Part shown: positions 34,011 through 39,802 of the stretch, piece after piece
How positions within the stretch are numbered: the first letter of the stretch is position 1
Layout of the letters: each line of letters opens with the position of its first letter
Assembly: GCF_001194135.2 (NCBI RefSeq)
Contig: NC_068982.1
Coordinates: forward strand, 45,781,596-45,821,397
Direction: 5' to 3'
Source: Octopus bimaculoides
Taxonomy: Eukaryota
Length of the DNA stretch: 39,802 nt
The notes under the pieces: model-generated
The model's database searches: none
The model's input: the letters and a program-made list of their open reading frames with translations, nothing else
Told to the model about the DNA's origin: nothing
Made by a program: the position numbers and the translations under genes

Positions 34011-35075
34011 GTGTTTTCTCTGATGAATGTTTCTAGTGCGCCAACAACCATTTGGAAATCAATACAGACATTTAGAGTTCATACGACAGATATAGTAATC
34101 GATAAATCTTTACTATTATATTTACTCCCGGATAACAGTACAGAAAATTATTTTCCCTTTCCTTTAGTGTGGTAAGGGTTTATAACAGAAACATTCAAAT
34201 CTCTCTTTTTTCCTGCGGCAATTATATTTATTTATTTATTTCAACTATGGCTTTTACTATTTATACTTGTCATTCTTCTGTATATTCTTAAGTCTTTCCA
34301 CGTGCGACTATTGCAGTCTATTGGATTCTCTGTATGTGTTTGCATGTTTGCACGTAACAACGCATGTATACATAACCCTTACATATATATTTCAATAAAT
34401 CAAGTATTCATCTGGTATGTTATTATATATGTCCTTATATATATATATATATATATATATCATTATCCGTCTTTGTTCAAATATACGCCACTGGCTACTT
34501 TCATTAATTTTGCTATATTATTTCTATTTCATTTATTACTCAGGAATACTATATTTTCCGGCATGCAAGTCAAATTTTTCAGGCCAAAATTCACAGCCCA
34601 GAAGGTTAGGTTGACTTATACACCAGGACGACAAGTCTGATTAGTTCTCTTACATTATTTTTGTTTCGTTTATTACCCAAAATATACAATTTATCAACCT
34701 TCTCTCGAAGCAGGGATAATTTCATCAAATCAGAAAATTTTTTTTTCTTGTAATATAAACTTATGCGTCATAGCTGTTGAAATACTCAGCACTTGCAAAT
34801 CTACTTCTCATAGCTCATTTGTGCTTCATTCATATATATGATATGATATAATATAATATTATATTATATTATATATATGTGTGTATCTGTACATACATAT
34901 TTGTATGTATATGATTATCTGTTTCTCTATACAAGTACATGCATCTACACAGATATAAATATAGATAGCAGAAAAAGAAGAAAAGTTGTTACTGCAATTC
35001 GAACGAGACCATAAGTGTGGTCTCTCTCTCTCTTTCTATGTATGTATACACACACACGCGTACATACACGCACAT

Positions 35076-35120
<45 letters not shown>

Positions 35121-35298
35121 TATGTGTTTTCCAAAATGGAGGCCACCACCTTTCTCCATGTGATCGCCTTGAAAAATTAAGACACTTGGATATTTTCCTA
35201 CTTTACTTAACATGAAACGAATGGTAGCCTTAATTTACAAATAAAGAAATTATATTCGTCAATGCGGTGTTGAGCACTCATTTTCATCGTTCGACATT

Positions 35299-35342
<44 letters not shown>

Positions 35343-36946
35343 GAGTATATGCGTGTGTGAATGTATACACACACATACATATATAGGCAATGGAGCAGAC
35401 AGAATAAATGCATAAAAATATAAGGATAACAATTTAATTTTTGACTTTTTAATTAATTTATTTATTACAAAATATGTATTTCTGAGGTTTAAAACTTCAT
35501 TTTGTAAAATCTTATGACTGACGTATAGACACCCATATCTTGTCTTAAGAAATCCATTGATTTAACTCACATAAAATAAATAACTTCCCAATTTCAAAGA
35601 AATAATATTTGTTTTGCGATACTATACAAATGTACTAAATTATCTATCTTATTCATTAAAATATCCTTGGAAAGCCTTCGTAAATTAGAATAACAGATGC
35701 CTGGAGCATAAGTTACCGATATTGGAAGTAAATGAATGTGTGAAGTATTATGGTTTCACAGAAGTAGTAGTAATGTAAGTATCTGTATATGCAGTTAGAG
35801 CGGATGAGGAAGAAAATCGTTAGCATACTAAAGGAAGTGAATAAAATAATTATCGAGCGATGTCTCTCCCTCTACACGCACACATATTGGGCTAAGAAGT
35901 TTGAAGAGTTCTTCGCAAGTAGGAGTTCTTGGGTTCAGTTTCCTTGCGCATTCTTCGTAAAAACATTTGCTACAAACATATACGCATGTACACATGCATA
36001 CATACATTCACACATACGTACATACATACATACAAACATACATACATACAAACATACATACATAAACACATACATACATATATACATACGTACATACATA
36101 CATACATACATACATAAACGCATACACACACACGCACATACAAACAAAATCAAAACAACAGGTAGTCAAACAAGTTAACTTATTCATAGTTCAAACCCCA
36201 GATTTCAGTAAACATATTTATTAAGAATATTAAATTCCTGATATTTTTCAACAAACAGTTGACATCTCATTACACACCCAAACACGTAAATTTGAAATGA
36301 AACTCCAGGAACTATAGCGTTAAAAGAATATAGGTAATAAATAATATTTCTTCAGGTTTTTACTAATTTCTTCTATCATTAGTATATATATACATATATA
36401 TATATATATGGGTGTGTGTGTGTGTCTTTAATGCTAGCTTTTCTTCGTAAAATGGTATGATTAAATTTAAATTCAATGATATAAAATATTATATACAAGC
36501 CCGCATGCACACACACACACACACACACACACACACNNNNNNNNNNNNNNNNNNNNNNNNNNNNNNNNNNNNNNNNNNNNNNNNNNNNNNNNNNNNNNNN
36601 NNNNNNNNNNNNNNNNNNNNNNNNNNNNNNNNNNNNNNNNNNNNNNNNNNNNNNNNNNNNNNNNNNNNNNNNNNNNNNNNNNNNNNNNNNNNNNNNNNNN
36701 NNNNNNNNNNNNNNNNNNNNNNNNNNNNNNNNNNNNNNNNNNNNNNNNNNNNNNNNNNNNNNNNNNNNNNNNNNNNNNNNNNNNNNNNNNNNNNNNNNNN
36801 NNNNNNNNNNNNNNNNNNNNNNNNNNNNNNNNNNNNNNNNNNNNNNNNNNNNNNNNNNNNNNNNNNNNNNNNNNNNNNNNNNNNNNNNNNNNNNNNNNNN
36901 NNNNNNNNNNNATATATATATATATATATACATACATTCATACATT

Positions 36947-36984
<38 letters not shown>

Positions 36985-37564
36985 CAGACATACATACCCG
37001 TGTCCAAATAAAGCAATATCAATATATTCGTATATATATAATATGTATATGTGTGTGCGCGCGTGTGTACATGTATAGGTATATACACACACACACACAC
37101 ACTCACACGAAATACACACATACACATATATCTGTATGTAAATACTCAATTAAATATATGTATATATGTATACACATATATAAATATATATATACATATA
37201 CACACACGTAAACACACTTATATAACTCTATACTCGCATACACACTCACATAAAGACGTGTATGTGTAACTCCACACGTGTGTATGTGTGTTTGTATGTT
37301 TATTAATACGAACACTTACATATAAAAGATGGACGTGAACCATCCCCTTCAAACTCTATTTCTATATTTCTGAGATGAGTTATTGCAAGACAGATGAAGA
37401 CTGATCTGACTATTAACCTTTTCTTCTGTTATCGTCGTTATGTTTTGATTGCTCTATTCTTTATTCTGTAGACAATATAGTATCCAGTCTCGATTCTAGA
37501 GAATAAATACACACTGCACAAAAGAAATCCATTCCCAAAATAACAGCCAGTATATATATTAGCT

Positions 37565-37860
37565 GCGAATGCGCGTGGCTGAGAAGTGAGCGCGTTGCAC
37601 TCACGATCGCAAAATCGTGGCTTCGAATTCCCAGACAGGCTGGCATTGCGTTTGTTGCTGAGAAAAATCATTTCACGTTGTTGTAGCCTACTCATCAGTA
37701 GGTGGGTAAATTCTACGACGAACTTGCGTTCCGTTCAAAAGAAATGTTGGCCTGCTCGCTGGAATGACAGTGGAGTGGCATCGTTCGAATCTTAAAATAA
37801 TGCGAAGAATTGCATTGTGACCAGAGATGTATAACAACATCACATAGTCTGCTTCGACTG
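37565..37860 (+). mobile_element. SINE family C, tail type 3
   Basis: Head gcgcgtggctgagaagtgagcgcgttgcactcacgatcgcaaaatcgtggcttcgaattcc and core atttcacgttg, then a distinct tail ...gcattgtgaccagagatgtataacaacatc. Confidence 0.7.
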
Positions 37861-38535
37861 TTCCCAAACATTTTCAGCCTGCCTCCTACACTTTGACACC
37901 CAGGCCACATTCCTAGCGCCTCCACTCCTACTCATCCCCACGAACATAGACCACTTTCTGCAGTAAATTCAAGACAACAGTATTTCACAAATAAAACTTA
38001 ACCTAGTTAACCCATTGTTTTGTTTTTACATCCATTGCCCCCTTTGGGCGGCCCCATTATCGTCCACTTCTCTTCAACGCCCTTTGGATCTTTCCACTGT
38101 ACCCTGGATATTTCCATTATGGGAACCACTGACCAAGTTGATACAGGGATTGAGTTAGATATTAGCTAACGAAATGAACACCTACACGGTCACTACAGAT
38201 ATTAAAAATAGCAGCCGATCATCTCCTTCAAAATATTCCTTGACGTTTTAGGAAAGGAGTAACACATCAGATAAAGTAGATGTAGCTGCGCAATGCCTGT
38301 AAATGAAAAGATCACATCACTGTATTGTCTGTAATAGGTTTGGTCAGGCGTTAATCTAATAGGTACAGCAATAAAGACAACAGCAACAACAAATATGAAC
38401 AAACATATCATTAGAGATACCGTAACTGTGCCGATACTTCCTCTTTAATGGCTGACCTGTAAGTATTCAAAATGAACATCAGCCTTACCGAGGTCAGCCG
38501 CTTTAAAATCTTGTGGAATTCTTGGAAATCACTAA

Positions 38536-38892
38536 ATGCATGGCTGTGTGGTAAGAAACTTGCTTCCCAACCACATGGTTCTACTAAAGGTTCGGACCGA
38601 CCAAAGACTTCTGAGCGGATTTGGTAGGCGGAAACTGAAAGAAGCCCATCGTATATATGTGTGTATCTATGTGTGCGTCTTTGTGTCTGTGTTTGTCCTC
38701 CCAATACTGCTTTATGACCGGTGTTGTGGTGTTTATGTCCTCGCAGCATAGCGGTTCGGCAAAAGATTCGGTAGAATAAGTATTAAGCTTAAAAAATAAG
38801 TCCCGAGGTCAATTGTTCAACTAAAATAAAACCATTCAAGGCGGTGTTCTAGCATGGCCGCAGTCAAATGACTGAAACAAGTAAAAGAATAA
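38536..38892 (+). mobile_element. SINE family B
   Basis: catggctgtgtggtaagaaacttgcttcccaaccacatggttc...gaaagaagcccatcgtatatatg...catggccgcagtcaaatgactgaaacaagtaaaaga. Confidence 0.9.
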
Positions 38893-38904
38893 AAGATGCA
38901 AGAA

Positions 38905-39410
38905 TGGTTTGAAATGTTGGCACAAGATCAGTACTTTCGGGGAAGAAGTTAATTCGAACACATTGACTCCAAAAGGATAAAAGACAAAGTCAACCTCGGT
39001 GGAATTTGAACACAGAATGTAAGGACGGACGAAATTCCACTAAGCGTTTGCTTGGTGCAATTAGATTTCCTGCCAGCTCGGCACCCGACTTATTTTTTTT
39101 TACGAGTTATAAAATTCCTTTTTACTAAAGGCACGAGGCCTGAAATTTTGTGGAGGCGGAGANNNNNNNNNNTTTTACGAGTTATAAAATTCCTTTTTAC
39201 TAAAGGCACGAGGCCTGAAATTTTGTGGAGGCGGAGATTAGTCGATTACATCAACACCCAGTGTTTCACTGGTACTTGATTTATAGACTATAAAAGCGAT
39301 GAAAAGGCAAAGTCGAGGTCGGCGGAATTTGAACTCAGAACGTAAAGACGGACGAAATGCCGCTAAGTATTTTGCCCAGCTTGCTAACGACTCTGCCAGC
39401 TCACCGACCT
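38905..39410 (-). mobile_element. Two family-A SINEs
   Basis: Heads end at about 39090 (ccagctcggcacc) and about 39410 (ctgccagctcaccgacct); each has ggaatttgaac(a/t)cagaa. Confidence 0.85.
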
Positions 39411-39526
39411 CGCTAGACGTAAAAATGAGATATATTTTATATCTTCTTCGTTCACCCTCAACTAACAATCATCTAATTGATAACCACAAGGTAACGTCAT
39501 ACGTTAAATGAATTTCTTTGCTACAG

Positions 39527-39604
39527 AGCAAGATTTGGTTCCAGAAATGAAGGGTCAAATCGATTATCGTTAGTCTAAATCTTCTGCTTTTCATTTCACA
39601 CTGA
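39527..39604 (+). pseudogene. Possible homeobox helix-3 pseudo-exon (SKIWFQK*RVK)
   Basis: Acceptor tttctttgctacag followed in phase 0 by AGC AAG ATT TGG TTC CAG AAA TGA AGG GTC AAA, versus consensus VKIWFQNRR(M/V)K; helices 1-2 not found. Confidence 0.3.
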
Positions 39605-39741
39605 ATATTTGACTGGAATTCATAAAAAAGATTCTTGCTGATATTAAAATGTATATCTGCTAGTGTGTGTGTGTATATATATATGTGTGTGTGTGTGTGC
39701 ATATATGTGTGTATATGTATATGTGTGTGTGCATATATATG

Positions 39742-39802
<61 letters not shown>

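Noticed and set aside
38250-38460. Small AG...GT-bounded open segments (ERSNTSDKVDVAAQC; RYRNCADTSSLMAD)
   Set aside because: Each has one weak splice site and no recognisable product.
39104-39232. Exact ~60-bp duplication on both sides of a 10-N gap
   Set aside because: Typical overlap of unmerged contig ends; likely an assembly artefact.

Overview
AT-rich animal genomic DNA, dense in microsatellites, with ten N-gaps. The tRNA-head SINE families and (CATA)n/(TA)n/(AG)n load resemble an octopus (coleoid cephalopod) genome; that is an inference, not a database result. I cannot support any intact host protein-coding gene: the window reads as intronic or intergenic, and every ORF over 150 aa in the track is an N-gap or microsatellite artefact. 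What the sequence does support is: (1) about 30 copies or fragments of three Pol III SINE families (my labels A, B, C) plus a further dispersed repeat (E); (2) decayed non-LTR retrotransposon pieces, namely RTE-type 3' ends (one with two C2H2 fingers), two restriction-like-endonuclease (R4/Dong-type) 3' ends and a possible ORF1 fossil; (3) a mariner-type MITE and a hAT-type MITE with TIRs and TSDs; (4) a ~180-bp satellite with a 3-monomer higher-order pattern and a core shared with repeat E; (5) two degenerate Penelope-type minimal hammerhead motifs. The most notable observations are both RLE-LINE fragments sitting antisense inside the internal microsatellite of a family-B SINE, the hammerhead motifs, the satellite, a homeobox helix-3-like pseudo-exon at 39.5 kb and a 21-bp perfect inverted repeat at 9.0 kb. 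Repeat boundaries are by eye (about +/-10-20 nt) unless a TIR or TSD is given.
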